Source of the DNA: an uncultured Chloroflexia bacterium
Lineage (GTDB): Bacteria > Chloroflexota > Chloroflexia > Thermomicrobiales > UBA6265
Length of the DNA stretch: 64,000 nucleotides
Assembly (NCBI GenBank): GCA_963750275.1
Contig: CAVVQC010000003.1
Coordinates: forward strand, 145,034-209,033
Reading direction: 5' to 3'
In this document: positions 29,615 through 39,736 of the stretch, in pieces
How positions within the stretch are numbered: position 1 is the stretch's first letter
How the letters are laid out: the number at the start of each line of letters is the position of its first letter
Position numbers and translations under genes: made by a program
Notes under the pieces: model-generated
What the model was told of the DNA's origin: nothing
What the model saw: only the letters and a program-made list of their open reading frames with translations
Databases searched by the model: none

Positions 29615-30410
29615 TTGGAATCGAACCCGCATTCGTTGCGTTTTGCATATAGCACCATCAACTGGGGAACCACCCCCGATCTCGCGGCCATGTTCGGGGA
29701 GATACGGGACGCGGGATGGGGAGCGGTCGAGCTCTTCGTCCATTCGCTCGACTGGCTGGGTACCCCGGAGAATCTGCGGGAGAACCTCGGCGGCCTCCAG
29801 GTAGCAACCAACTTCGGCGTGGTCGACGTGCCAACCAACCGCGACCAATTGACGAAACTCAAGAACCAGATCGACTACGCCGCGCTCTTCGGGGCGGAAG
29901 CGATCGGGTTGGTGGGCGGCTCGCGCCTACGCTGGCGGCCACCGAGTGATCTGGAATATGCCGATCTGGCCCACTTCTGCGAAGAGCTGGCCATGTATGG
30001 CGAAGACAAGGGCGTGGTCGTGGCGTATCACCCGCATGTCGCCTGCACCGATTGAAACCGAGGACGAGATCGACCGCCTGATGGATCAGACCACGGTACT
30101 GACCCTCTGCCTGGATGCCTCGCATATTGCGCTGGTCGACGAAGACCCGATTGCCCACATCCGCAAATACCGCGACCGCACCAGCTATATCCATTTGAAG
30201 GACTGGGCGCGTGGCAAGTTCGTGGAGATGGGCCAGGGGACGATCGATATCGACTTCGGCGCCATCTTCAAAGAGCTCGCAGACAATCAATTCGGTGGCT
30301 GGGTCGTGGTCGAGCAGAGCCGCAGCGATGTCTCACCGTCGGCCAGCGCGCAGGCCAATGCCGAATTCGTCAGGAACCTCGGGTACTCACTCGAGCTGAA
30401 CGCCCGATGA
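29615..30410 (+). CDS. Sugar phosphate isomerase/epimerase (xylose isomerase-like TIM barrel, IolE-like); +1 frameshift near 30050
   Basis: 'GWGAVEL', 'AYHPH..T|IET', 'CLDASH', 'YIHLKD', 'GQGTIDF', 'VVEQ'. Confidence 0.85.
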
Positions 30411-31607
30411 CGATCTCGCTGGCAATCGCCGGGTGCGGCGTAATGGGCCGCAGGCATGTGGGTGGTCTGAAAAAGCTCCAGCTGATCGACCGGCTGCGGT
30501 TCGATCTGGTGGCAGTCTGCGATCCGCTGGAATCGAGCGCGACCGCGATGGCCGATTTGGTCGAAGCGCAGCTCGGCACGCGACCGGAAATCTACGCCGA
30601 TCCAGCCGATTTGCCGGCTGAAGTGCAAGCGCTGGACATCACGACCTCGCCCGATCTGCATGCACGCATCGGCATCCAGGCACTGCAACGCCGGACGCCA
30701 TGTGCAAATGGAAAAGCCGATCACCCTGACCATCGCCGAAGGGCGCGACTTGCTGGCCGCACAGGGAGACCGCAAGCTCTCGGTCGCCGAGAACTACCGG
30801 CGCGATCCGATCAACCGCCTGGCCAAGGCGCTCATCGACGCCGGCGCGCTGGGTCGTCCCTTTCTGGTCGTTCAATCGTCCTCCGGTGCCGGCGAGAACG
30901 TCGTCATCACCCCATGGCGACACCTGAAACGCGCCTGCGGTATCGCGATCGATATGGGCGTGCACTACGCCGACATCCTGGAATATCTCCTCGGTCCACT
31001 CCAGACCATTGCCGGACTTGGCGCGGTCATCGACGCCGAACGCAAAGGCGCGGACGGAACGATGTATCCCGCGGATGCCGAAGATCTGACTGTTGGCATC
31101 GGACGCTACGAAAGTGGCGCATTGGCGACCATGATCCTGAGTGTTGCCGGTCGCGGCGAGGGACACTTCACCCGTGTGGTCTATGGCACCGCGGGATCGC
31201 TTTCGATCCCCGCCGACCGCACCGGGCAACCGCTCAAGCTCAGCCTGCGCAAGAACGGCGAAGACCGCCTCGTTTCAAATGCCGACCTGCTCGCGCTGGT
31301 ACCCGACTTCCGGTTGGACGACACCACCGCCGCGCTCTTCGGCGGGGAGCGCATCACCTCATATGACTTGCCGTGGGCAGATACCGATGCCAACCTGCTG
31401 GCAATCGAATACGACGATTTTGCGGAAGCGATCCTGACCGACCGGCAACCGGAAGTGGATGGCGCCTTCGGGTTACGTTCGCTGGCGATCTCCTACGGCT
31501 TCCTGGAATCGGACCGGCTGAACCGGTTCGTCACCGTCGACGAGCTGCTAACCAGCGACAAGCTGCCCTACCAAAAAGAAATCGAGGAGGCCCTGAGCGC
31601 GCGCTAG
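30407..31607 (+). CDS. Gfo/Idh/MocA family oxidoreductase; +1 frameshift near 30689
   Basis: 'IAGCGVMG', 'AGRHVQMEKP', 'VAENYR', 'DMGVHYAD'. Confidence 0.85.
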
Positions 31608-31844
31608 TTGACCCACCCTCCGTCGTGGTGGGACCTGTGCCCGGCCACGCAACGCCCGACAACGGACTCGCCACATAACTCAAATCGTAGTTGATTCACG
31701 CAGGTTCACCACACTACACGTAGCGGGAATCGTGCGAAAAGCTCCCGTGATCCCTCTCCGATGGCGTGCCCGCCAATCGGGCACCCGATCACGAGCGCAC
31801 CTGGCTTCGACCAGATCCATTGCGGCCTACGAAGTGAGCATTCC

Positions 31845-32975
31845 ATGGCGAAAGAAAAGATCAAGATCGTCGTTTGGGACAGCATCGGCAACACGGTGTT
31901 GGGGGTGCGTCCCTGGTCGAGCTGGGAACCGAGGCAGGTCGAGCATTTCCTGCGCGAGGACCCGGCGGGACCGGAGCGCGCCCAGAGCTTCGATGAGCTC
32001 TTCGCTGACTACGATGTCGAGCTGATCTGGTTCAACAGTGCCGATGAAGCCTACGGCGCGTTCGGCACACTCGGCGAGGATTACGCGGCGAACCTTCGAC
32101 TGACCAAAGATGTCGACGAGATCGCGGCCGAGGTCGAGGATGCCGACTACCTCGTCATCCACAAGCAAAACTTTCCCGCCGAAGCGCTACTAAAAGCGAA
32201 GAACCTCAAACTGGTCCAGCATCTGGGACAGGACTATCGCGGCATGCCGGTGGACGCCGCGCGCGAGCTGGGCATACCAGCCGCGGCGACTCCCCTCATC
32301 AACTACATCACCGTGGCCGAGCATGTCTGGGCGTTCGTACTGAACTGGCTCAAACGACTGCCTGCCATCCGCGAGCACATGCGCACCCGGCAATACGCCG
32401 ACTCCTGGGGGATGTTTCCCGGCGTGCAATACGCCGGTGACGTCACGCTCGGTCTGCTCGGTATGGGCGAGATCGCCCGGCCGATCGCGAAATACGCGCA
32501 GGCGTTCGACATGCCAGTCATCTACTGGGATATCCAACGCTTCCCCGAGCTGGAGGAGAAGTTCGATCTGCGCTATGTCGAATGGGACGAGATCTTCGCG
32601 CAGTCCGACATCCTGACCGTGCAACTGGCGCTCAACGAGCAAACCCAGGGGATCATCGGCTCGCGCGAAATCGGGTTGATGAAACCAACCTCGCTCTTCA
32701 TCAATACCGCGCGCGGCAAACTGGTCGATCAGCCGGCCCTGACCGATGCGGTCGCGAATAACCGTATCGGCGGAGTGGCACTCGACGTTTTCTACGACGA
32801 GCCGCTACCGGTGGACGATCCACTGCTCGACCTGCACGATCTTCCCGGCGACCGCGTTACCCTCACCCCGCACGATGCCTGGCAAAGTCCGTGGACCTGG
32901 GTGCGCGATTCGCAAGAGATCTGGTTCAACGTATTGCGATCGCTTCGTGGCGAACCATTGAAGTTTCTCGTGTAG
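31845..32975 (+). CDS. Divergent D-2-hydroxyacid dehydrogenase family protein
   Basis: 'LGLLGMGEIA', 'FINTARG', 'LDVFYDEP', 'LTPHDAW'; atypical N-terminus. Confidence 0.85.
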   Translation: MAKEKIKIVVWDSIGNTVLGVRPWSSWEPRQVEHFLREDPAGPERAQSFDELFADYDVELIWFNSADEAYGAFGTLGEDYAANLRLTKDVDEIAAEVEDADYLVIHKQNFPAEALLKAKNLKLVQHLGQDYRGMPVDAARELGIPAAATPLINYITVAEHVWAFVLNWLKRLPAIREHMRTRQYADSWGMFPGVQYAGDVTLGLLGMGEIARPIAKYAQAFDMPVIYWDIQRFPELEEKFDLRYVEWDEIFAQSDILTVQLALNEQTQGIIGSREIGLMKPTSLFINTARGKLVDQPALTDAVANNRIGGVALDVFYDEPLPVDDPLLDLHDLPGDRVTLTPHDAWQSPWTWVRDSQEIWFNVLRSLRGEPLKFLV

Positions 32976-33006
32976 CATCCCGGAGCCTGGCACACTCCCG
33001 GACGGT

Positions 33007-33150
33007 CGTAGTGGCGGGACCTGTGCCCGCCAGCGGCCGCAGGCCGCCATTGCGTTGCCCGGAACCCGGTTTCCGTTTCGGTTGCCGGGTGGTTGGGCGG
33101 CCCCGTTATCGGGCGTTGCCCGATTGGCGGGCACAGGTCCCGCCACTACG
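33007..33150. repeat. Family A CGTAG-REP inverted doublet
   Basis: 33007..33049 CGTAGTGGCGGGACCTGTGCCCGCCAGCGGCCGCAGGCCGCCA and a reverse copy of the first hairpin at 33125..33150; degenerate copy at 31621..31663. Confidence 0.88.
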
Positions 33151-33196
33151 GAAGCGGATGCCGCCAATACGATAGGGGATACGCCCCAGCCATAAG

Positions 33197-34295
33197 ATGA
33201 CGCCAAAGGAGCGATCGATGCCACCGATTCAGTTTGGATTTTGTCTGCCGATTTTCGCGGCACCGGGGCCGAACCTCTTCCGCACCCCGGGGTTCGCAGA
33301 AGTCGATGCGGCGGCATGCATGGCCATGGGGAAACGGGCCGATGAACTGGGATACGACTCGCTCTGGGTCGCCGATCACCTGATGCTTGGCAAAGATGAC
33401 GCCATCCTGGAAGGGTGGACCGTCATCTCGGCGCTTGCTGGCGCGACCAGCCAAGCCCGGCTGGGGATGATCCACCTGGCGGTCCTCTTCCGAAATCCCG
33501 CGCTGACCGCCAAAATGGTTTCCACCCTCGACCAGATCTCCGGCGGCCGCGTGATTCACTTCATGGACTGCGGGTTCAGCGGCCGGGAGTACCTCGCCTA
33601 CGGGCTCCCCTGGAACGATGAGATCGACGAGCGCGTGGCGATGCTCGCCGAAGCCACCGAGCTTATGCTCGAACTCTGGTCGTCCCACGAACCAGTCACC
33701 TTCAAAGGCGCGCACTATTCGACGCAGGAAGCAGCTGTGCAATCCCAAGCCGATCCAGCAGCCACATCCACCCATCTGGTTTGGGGAGGTCAATCCCAAC
33801 ACGCTGGATGCCTGCGCGACATACGGGCAGGGATGGAATACCACCCCCGTTTCGATCGCCGAGCTACGCCGCCGGCTTGGATTGCTGCGGGAAGCCTGCG
33901 ACCGTCAAAACCGTGATTTCGACGAGCTGGAGCTGAGTCTCGAAACGCAACTGCTGGTGGCGCCCGACCTCGAGGCAATCCGCACGCGCCTGCACGATCT
34001 GGCAACCCTGGCCGAAATCGCCGCTGATGATCAGCGCGGTCAGGTCAAGGGGTTCGTCAGCAGCTATGCCACGGACGACGACTTCCAGGAGTTCATCTCG
34101 GGTGCCAGCGATGCGATCCCCAGCCGACTCGCGGAAGACTGGATCATCGGCACCCCGGATCAGGTCGAGTCCCGCCTGCGGGAGTACATCGACGAAGGGA
34201 TCAGCCACTTCATGATCTGGTTCATGGACGCCCCGAACATGGCCGGCCTGGAACTGTTCGCAGAATCAGTCGCACCGCGTTTCGAACGCGCGTGA
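33197..34295 (+). CDS. LLM-class flavin/F420-dependent oxidoreductase; +1 frameshift near 33737
   Basis: 'SLWVADHL', 'LEGWT', 'RNPALTAKMVSTLDQISGGR', 'CNPKPIQQPHPPIW', 'GTPDQV'. Confidence 0.87.
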
Positions 34296-34343
34296 GACGC
34301 ACTTGGCAGAGCTGGACCGAGGCTGCCCTTCTCGACCTTGCCG

Positions 34344-34381
34344 CCCCCTGTCATTCTTCACTTCGTTCAGAATGACAGGGG
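34344..34381 (-). repeat. Single family B element embedded in a hairpin
   Basis: 34353..34377 is the exact reverse complement of TGTCATTCTGAACGAAGTGAAGAAT at 3166. Confidence 0.75.
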
Positions 34382-34414
34382 TGGGGTAGCGCACAGTCAA
34401 GGGAGGACGCAAAC

Positions 34415-35563
34415 ATGCAACCAGCGCAATTCGATCTCGTGATCCAGAACGGACGACTCATCGACCCAGGAGCCGGGATCGATGGCTACTTCGATGTCGC
34501 GTTTCAGAACGAAAAGGTGGCAGCAGTTGCACCGAAGATCGATCCAGGTGACGCACCGACGATCGATGCGCGCGACAAACTGGTGACGCCGGGATTGGTC
34601 GACGCGCATGTGCATGTCTACGAGGGCGTGTCGCACTATGGAATCCCGCCCGACCCGACCTGTCTGGCGCAGGGAGCAACCACGGTGCTGGATGCCGGAT
34701 CGGCAGGCGCGGACACGTTCAAGGGATTTCGTAAATACATTATCGAGGCGAGCGAAACCCGAATTCTGGCGATGCTCAACATCTCCTCCATGGGGATGCT
34801 GGCAGAGGAAGTCGGCGAGCTCGACGATATCAAATGGGCCAATATCCCCAAGGCGCTAGCCACCATCGAGGCGAATCGCGATGTCATCCTCGGCGTAAAG
34901 GTGCGCCTCACCCGCGAGCTGAATTGCAGCGAGGCATCCGGCATTCGACCCCTCTTCCTCGCGCGGGAGGCCGCTGACGCCGCCGGGCTCCCGTTGATGA
35001 TCCACCCGCAGGATTCCTGGGCAGATTCGATCGATCAGGTGCTGGCCGTGCTACGCGAAGACGACATCATGACCCACATGTATCACGGCATGCGACACGG
35101 AATCCTTGACGAAACCGGCCGCATTCAACCGGCGGTACAGGCGGCACGCGACCGTGGCGTGCGTTTCGATGTCGGGCATGGGCAAGGGTCGTTCAATTGG
35201 GATGTCTGCTCCCGGGCAATGGAGCAGGGTTTCCTGCCCGATACGATCTCGTCTGATCTGCACAGCCACAATGTGGAAGGCCCAGTCTTTGATCTGATCA
35301 CCACAGTCTCGAAATTTCTGTTGCTGGGGATGCCACTGCACGATGCATTGGAACGGGTGACCGTCGAACCAGCCAGGACCGTTGGCATGCCAGGGCGAAT
35401 CGGAACGCTGGCGGTCGGCGCGGAAGGCGATGCCGTGGTGCTCGATCAGCGCGAGGGACGATTCGATCTGATCGACTCGCACAACGTGGTGCGCCAGACA
35501 CCGATGAAACTGGTTCCGACCACGGTGGTCAAGGGCGGCCGTGTGGTGCGCACCGAAGCCTGA
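34415..35563 (+). CDS. Amidohydrolase superfamily (dihydroorotase-like/deacetylase) metallohydrolase
   Basis: 'PGLVDAHVH', 'GVKVRL', 'MIHP', 'THMYH', 'DVGHG', 'SSDLH'. Confidence 0.88.
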   Translation: MQPAQFDLVIQNGRLIDPGAGIDGYFDVAFQNEKVAAVAPKIDPGDAPTIDARDKLVTPGLVDAHVHVYEGVSHYGIPPDPTCLAQGATTVLDAGSAGADTFKGFRKYIIEASETRILAMLNISSMGMLAEEVGELDDIKWANIPKALATIEANRDVILGVKVRLTRELNCSEASGIRPLFLAREAADAAGLPLMIHPQDSWADSIDQVLAVLREDDIMTHMYHGMRHGILDETGRIQPAVQAARDRGVRFDVGHGQGSFNWDVCSRAMEQGFLPDTISSDLHSHNVEGPVFDLITTVSKFLLLGMPLHDALERVTVEPARTVGMPGRIGTLAVGAEGDAVVLDQREGRFDLIDSHNVVRQTPMKLVPTTVVKGGRVVRTEA

Positions 35564-35728
35564 ATTCAGACGATCTCGAGCCTCCAGGAGTTGTGCCCCT
35601 GAAGCTCCTCCGCCTGCGAAACCCGCGCCAGCCTATGGTTCCGAGCTCGCGCCAGCACCCTCGGTGAGCGAACGGGCAGTTCACGTCGTTTCTGGTGCGG
35701 CTGGGCGACCCGAGTAGACTTACCGATC

Positions 35729-36514
35729 ATGCGCATGTCGACCGATTTCGCTCGCTCACCGTGGCGAGCAGCAGGATATGACCCTCACGCAACTGGCTTC
35801 CGACAACGGTGGTCCTTCCAACGGCTCGATAACCCTGAGCTTATGGATGGCGATGGGTTCAGCGCCGATGAGCTGACGACCAACTTTCGCGACATTCAGC
35901 GCGTCAACCGCTGGTTTGGCGGTACGTCCGCCATTTTGGGGGCATTGCCCGGGCTGGTCCCTCCCGGCGCCACCACGGTCTCCCTGCTCGATCTCGCCAC
36001 TGGCGTGGCGGATATCCCGATCGCCGTCGAACGATGGTGTGAAGCCCGCGGCTACGATGTGAATATCACAGCGACAGACGTTTCTCCGCAGATTCTCGCC
36101 CTGGCCGGCGATCAGATCGCGGGCTCGACGCGCATCCACCTGCAGCAGGCCGATGCGCGCGCATTGCCATTCCCGAACAACGCGTTCGACGTAGTGACGT
36201 GTTCCCTCGCGCTACATCATTTTGGCCCCGACGACGCAGTGCTGGTGTTAAAGGAAATGGACCGGCTCTGCCGGACCGGCTTTATCGTCAACGATCTGCG
36301 CCGTGGTGCGGTCGGCTATGGCGCCACCTGGGTCGCCAGCAGGCTAACGACCCGCAACCGCCTGACCCGGAACGATGCGCCCCTCTCCGTCAGACGCGCC
36401 TACACCCCTGCGGAGTTGCGCGCTCTCCTGGATGAGGCCGGCGTAGAAAACGCCGAAGTCAAGACGTTGCCCTGGTTCCGTATGGTCGCGATCAAGCGTG
36501 TGGCCGGTGAGTAG
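35729..36514 (+). CDS. Class I SAM-dependent methyltransferase
   Basis: 'PELMD...NRWFGG', 'LLDLATG', 'DARALPF...FDVV', 'LHHF', 'NDL.R'. Confidence 0.88.
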   Translation: MRMSTDFARSPWRAAGYDPHATGFRQRWSFQRLDNPELMDGDGFSADELTTNFRDIQRVNRWFGGTSAILGALPGLVPPGATTVSLLDLATGVADIPIAVERWCEARGYDVNITATDVSPQILALAGDQIAGSTRIHLQQADARALPFPNNAFDVVTCSLALHHFGPDDAVLVLKEMDRLCRTGFIVNDLRRGAVGYGATWVASRLTTRNRLTRNDAPLSVRRAYTPAELRALLDEAGVENAEVKTLPWFRMVAIKRVAGE

Positions 36515-37743
36515 GTCTCTGCCGCCAACGTCAACTGGGCAAACCGATGCAGAGGTCATCGTCGTCGGTGGCGGCCCGGCCGGGAGTACCACCGCGCTCC
36601 TGCTGGCCCGCGCCGGACATTCGGTTCTGCTCTTGGACAAGGCCAGCTTCCCCAGGCATAAGGCGTGTTCCGAGTACGTCAATGCCGGTGGGGTAGCCGT
36701 GCTGGAAGAGCTGGGCCTGCTGGACGATGCGATGGCCGCTGGCGCTCATCGGCTGACCGAAATGCGCATCCATTCGCCAGCGGGCGGGCAGTTCACCGCC
36801 CGGTTCGATCGGGCATCCCCGGGCCGTCACGCGATCGGCCTCTCCCGCTACCGGCTGGACGCCATGCTGCTCGAGGCGGCTCGCGCGGCTGGGGTCACCG
36901 TGATGGAACGCACGCACGCACGAAACGTCTGGCTTCAGCCCGGACGCACCGGCCACGGTCGAGGTCTCAAGCGGTGGAACCTCCACCCAGCTGCGCGCTC
37001 CCCTGATCGTCGGTGCCGATGGACACCACTCCTGTGTCACGCGGTCGCTGGAACTCGACCAGACCCGACGCTGGCCACGACGAGTTGGCCTGGTGGCGCA
37101 TTATCAACACGTTTCCGGCAACAATCACGGAGGAGACATGTATGTCACCTCCGATGGTTACGCCGGGCTCGCCCCACTGGAAGACGGAATAACGAATATC
37201 GCGGTTGTCGTGCCTGAAGCGCGCGTGCAAGAGCGGTCGGGCTCGGTCGAAGACTTGTTCGATCAGCGGCTGGCGTCGATACCCGAGCTGAACCGTCGCC
37301 TCGATGGCGCAGTTCGGCTGGGAAATCTGCGTGGCGTCGGGCGACTCGGACACCGGGTCCGCCAGCCCACGGGTGATGGGTATCTGCTCGTCGGGGACGC
37401 GGCCGCCTTTCTCGATCCCTTTACCGGCGATGGTATTTACGAAGCCTTGCGAGGTGCGCAGTTGGCCGCTCCCGTAATTTCACGAGCGCTTGCTGCCGGA
37501 GACGTTTCCGAACGCGCCCTCGCGCTGTATCGCTGGGAGCGTCGCCGCGTTTTCACGATGAAACGACAGCTGAGCTGGGTGGTGCAGGGCTTCGTGCACA
37601 CCCCGGCAGCGATGAACTATGTCACCCGTCGTCTGGAGCGGCGGGAAACGGTCGGTTTAGAGTTGGCCGCGGCGCTGGGAAACTTCCGGCCCGCGCATAC
37701 CACGCTCACCCCGCACTTTCTGGCCCGACTCCTGCGGCCCTAA
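36507..37743 (+). CDS. FAD-dependent oxidoreductase, geranylgeranyl-reductase/aromatic hydroxylase-like; +1 frameshift near 36950
   Basis: 'VVGGGPAG', 'FPRHKACSE', 'LIVGADG' (shifted frame), 'LVGDAAAFLDPFTGDG'. Confidence 0.85.
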
Positions 37744-37757
37744 CATGGAACGGTTCT

Positions 37758-38222
37758 ATGCATTCAGAAGATGTCGTGTATATGCGCGGAAAACTCGATC
37801 AGATTGTGGAGCTGGCCATCGATATCGAACGATGGCCGGAGATCCTGCCCCACTACCGCTGGGTCACGCTGCTGGATGGCGGTGGCGATCACAAGGTCGT
37901 GGAAATGGCTGCCCGGCGGGGGCGAATCCCGGTCCGCTGGCGGGCCACACAGGATATCGATCGCAGCGGTCCCACACCGATCATCAGATTCAAACATGTC
38001 TGGGGTGTTACCAAAGGAATGGACGTCGACTGGACGTTTGTGCCAACAGAAGAGCAGGTAGAAGTGCGCATTCGTCACGATTTCAATCCAAACTGGCCAA
38101 TTGTCGGCGCTCCAATCAGCGAGCGAATCATTGGTCCGCAATTCATCTCACCCATCGCCAATCTCACGCTGACCACCATCAAGGGCATCGTCGAGGGGCG
38201 TGATCCCCGGTTCCCGCAATGA
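37758..38222 (+). CDS. SRPBCC/START-fold polyketide cyclase/dehydrase-like protein
   Basis: 'DIERWPEILPHY', 'GMDVDWTF', 'VRIRHDF'; 154 aa. Confidence 0.8.
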   Translation: MHSEDVVYMRGKLDQIVELAIDIERWPEILPHYRWVTLLDGGGDHKVVEMAARRGRIPVRWRATQDIDRSGPTPIIRFKHVWGVTKGMDVDWTFVPTEEQVEVRIRHDFNPNWPIVGAPISERIIGPQFISPIANLTLTTIKGIVEGRDPRFPQ

Positions 38223-39454
38223 CGCGACGGGTCGTCATCACTGGCATCGGCGCCATTACGCCGATTGGCAATAGCGCCGAGGGGCTTTGGTCCGGAGTGC
38301 AACGCGGCACCTCGGCTGTGCAACGCGTCACCCGCTTCGATCCATCGAACTTTCAGAGCCAGGTCGCCGCACACGCCGACTTCGAACCACTCGATTACCT
38401 GACCGAGAAGCGCGCCCGCCGGCTCGATCGCTATTCGCAACTGGCGCTGGCCGCTGCGCAACAGGCGATCGACGATGCCGGGATCGAGCGGAAAGACCTG
38501 GCAGAGATTGGGGCAGGCGCCTATATCGGTTCCGCCCTGGGTGGCGTCGCCTATGGCGAGGAGCAGCATGAAGCCTATGTCCGATCGGGCACGCAAGGCG
38601 TCAGCCCGCTGCTGGCCCTCTCGGTCTTTGGCGGCGCGGCCTCGTCGAACATCTCGATCGAGTTTTCTTTGAACGGACCATGCCTCGCCTATGGCAACTC
38701 CTGCGCGGCGGGATTGATCGCCATTGGAGAAGCAGCGCGCCTGATAGCTGATGGCCGCGCAACGGTCATGCTGGCCGGAGGTGCGGAAGCGCCACTGGCG
38801 CCCCTCACCTTCGGCGCGTTCTCGCTGATCCGGGTGCTCAGTACGCGCAACGACGATCCCGCGACTGCCAGCCGTCCCTTCGATCGCGATCGCGATGGAT
38901 TCGTGATGGCCGAAGGGAGCTGCATGCTCGTGCTGGAAGACGCCGAATATGCTGCGGCTCGGGGCGCTCGGGTCTATGCGCAGATCGATGGTTTTGCCAC
39001 CACCAACGATGCCCATCACATGACCGCCCCGCTCGCGGAAGGTACCTTCGCCGCTCGGGCGATCTCCCAGGCCCTGGCCGATGCCGGACTGCCAGCCGAA
39101 GAGATCGGGTATGTCAATGCCCATGGCTCATCGACCGTGCTGAACGATTCGACCGAGTGCAAAGCGATCCGTATCGCGCTTGGCCGGCATGCCGAGCGCG
39201 TCGCCGTCAGTGGCACCAAAGGGCTGCACGGTCATGCCCTCGGCGCGACCGGCGCCATGGAAACCGCGATCTGCGCCATGGCATTGCAACGGGGCATGCT
39301 GCCGGGTACTGCGAATCTGCAGCATCTCGATCCGGCCTGCGATCTCGACCTGATTCCCCCAGGTGGCCGCGTCGAACAGGTGGAACACCTCGTCACCAAT
39401 GCCTTCGGGTTCGGTGGGGTAAACGCCAGCGTCGTCATGAGCGCAACGAATTAG
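38219..39454 (+). CDS. Beta-ketoacyl-ACP synthase II-like ketosynthase (FabF/KS-alpha family)
   Basis: 'RRVVITGIG', Cys-His-His triad 'NSCAAG', 'NAHGSST', 'KGLHGHALGA'; 'RPFDRDRDGFV', 'NAFGFGG'. Confidence 0.92.
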   Translation: MTRRVVITGIGAITPIGNSAEGLWSGVQRGTSAVQRVTRFDPSNFQSQVAAHADFEPLDYLTEKRARRLDRYSQLALAAAQQAIDDAGIERKDLAEIGAGAYIGSALGGVAYGEEQHEAYVRSGTQGVSPLLALSVFGGAASSNISIEFSLNGPCLAYGNSCAAGLIAIGEAARLIADGRATVMLAGGAEAPLAPLTFGAFSLIRVLSTRNDDPATASRPFDRDRDGFVMAEGSCMLVLEDAEYAAARGARVYAQIDGFATTNDAHHMTAPLAEGTFAARAISQALADAGLPAEEIGYVNAHGSSTVLNDSTECKAIRIALGRHAERVAVSGTKGLHGHALGATGAMETAICAMALQRGMLPGTANLQHLDPACDLDLIPPGGRVEQVEHLVTNAFGFGGVNASVVMSATN

Positions 39455-39490
39455 AGCGGTGCTTGGGTTAAGTACCCGCTTCCCTGAGAC

Positions 39491-39543
39491 TGTCATCCTG
39501 ACCAACGGGAAGAGCCTGTCCTGAGCGTCGCCGAAGGAATCTC
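39491..39543 (+). repeat. Family B variant with an internal insert
   Basis: TGTCATCCTGA[ccaacgggaagagcctgtcctga]GCGTCGCCGAAGGAATCTC. Confidence 0.55.
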
Positions 39544-39704
39544 CTCGCCGCAGCGAGTGGTGGGGTCTACCATGCCTCCAACAGCGTGGGCGAATCATTT
39601 CGCAACCGCTCTAACGGTCCCGGATCGCATCTTCCATACTCAGCGTGCTCTGAATCGGAGCCCTTCACCAGCATGTCGTGACTTGAAGGAACGCCCCAGA
39701 TATG

Positions 39705-39718
39705 CGAACATTCGTTCG
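39705..39718. promoter_or_regulatory. Candidate LexA (Cheo/SOS) box GAAC-N4-GTTC
   Basis: CGAACATTCGTTCG directly upstream of RBS AAGGGAG and TTG 39737. Confidence 0.5.
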
Positions 39719-39736
39719 TACTAAGGGAGACGTTTC

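Noticed and set aside
36507-37743. Flavin-dependent halogenase
   Set aside because: No WxWxIP motif; the DPxxGxG signature fits the GGR/hydroxylase group.
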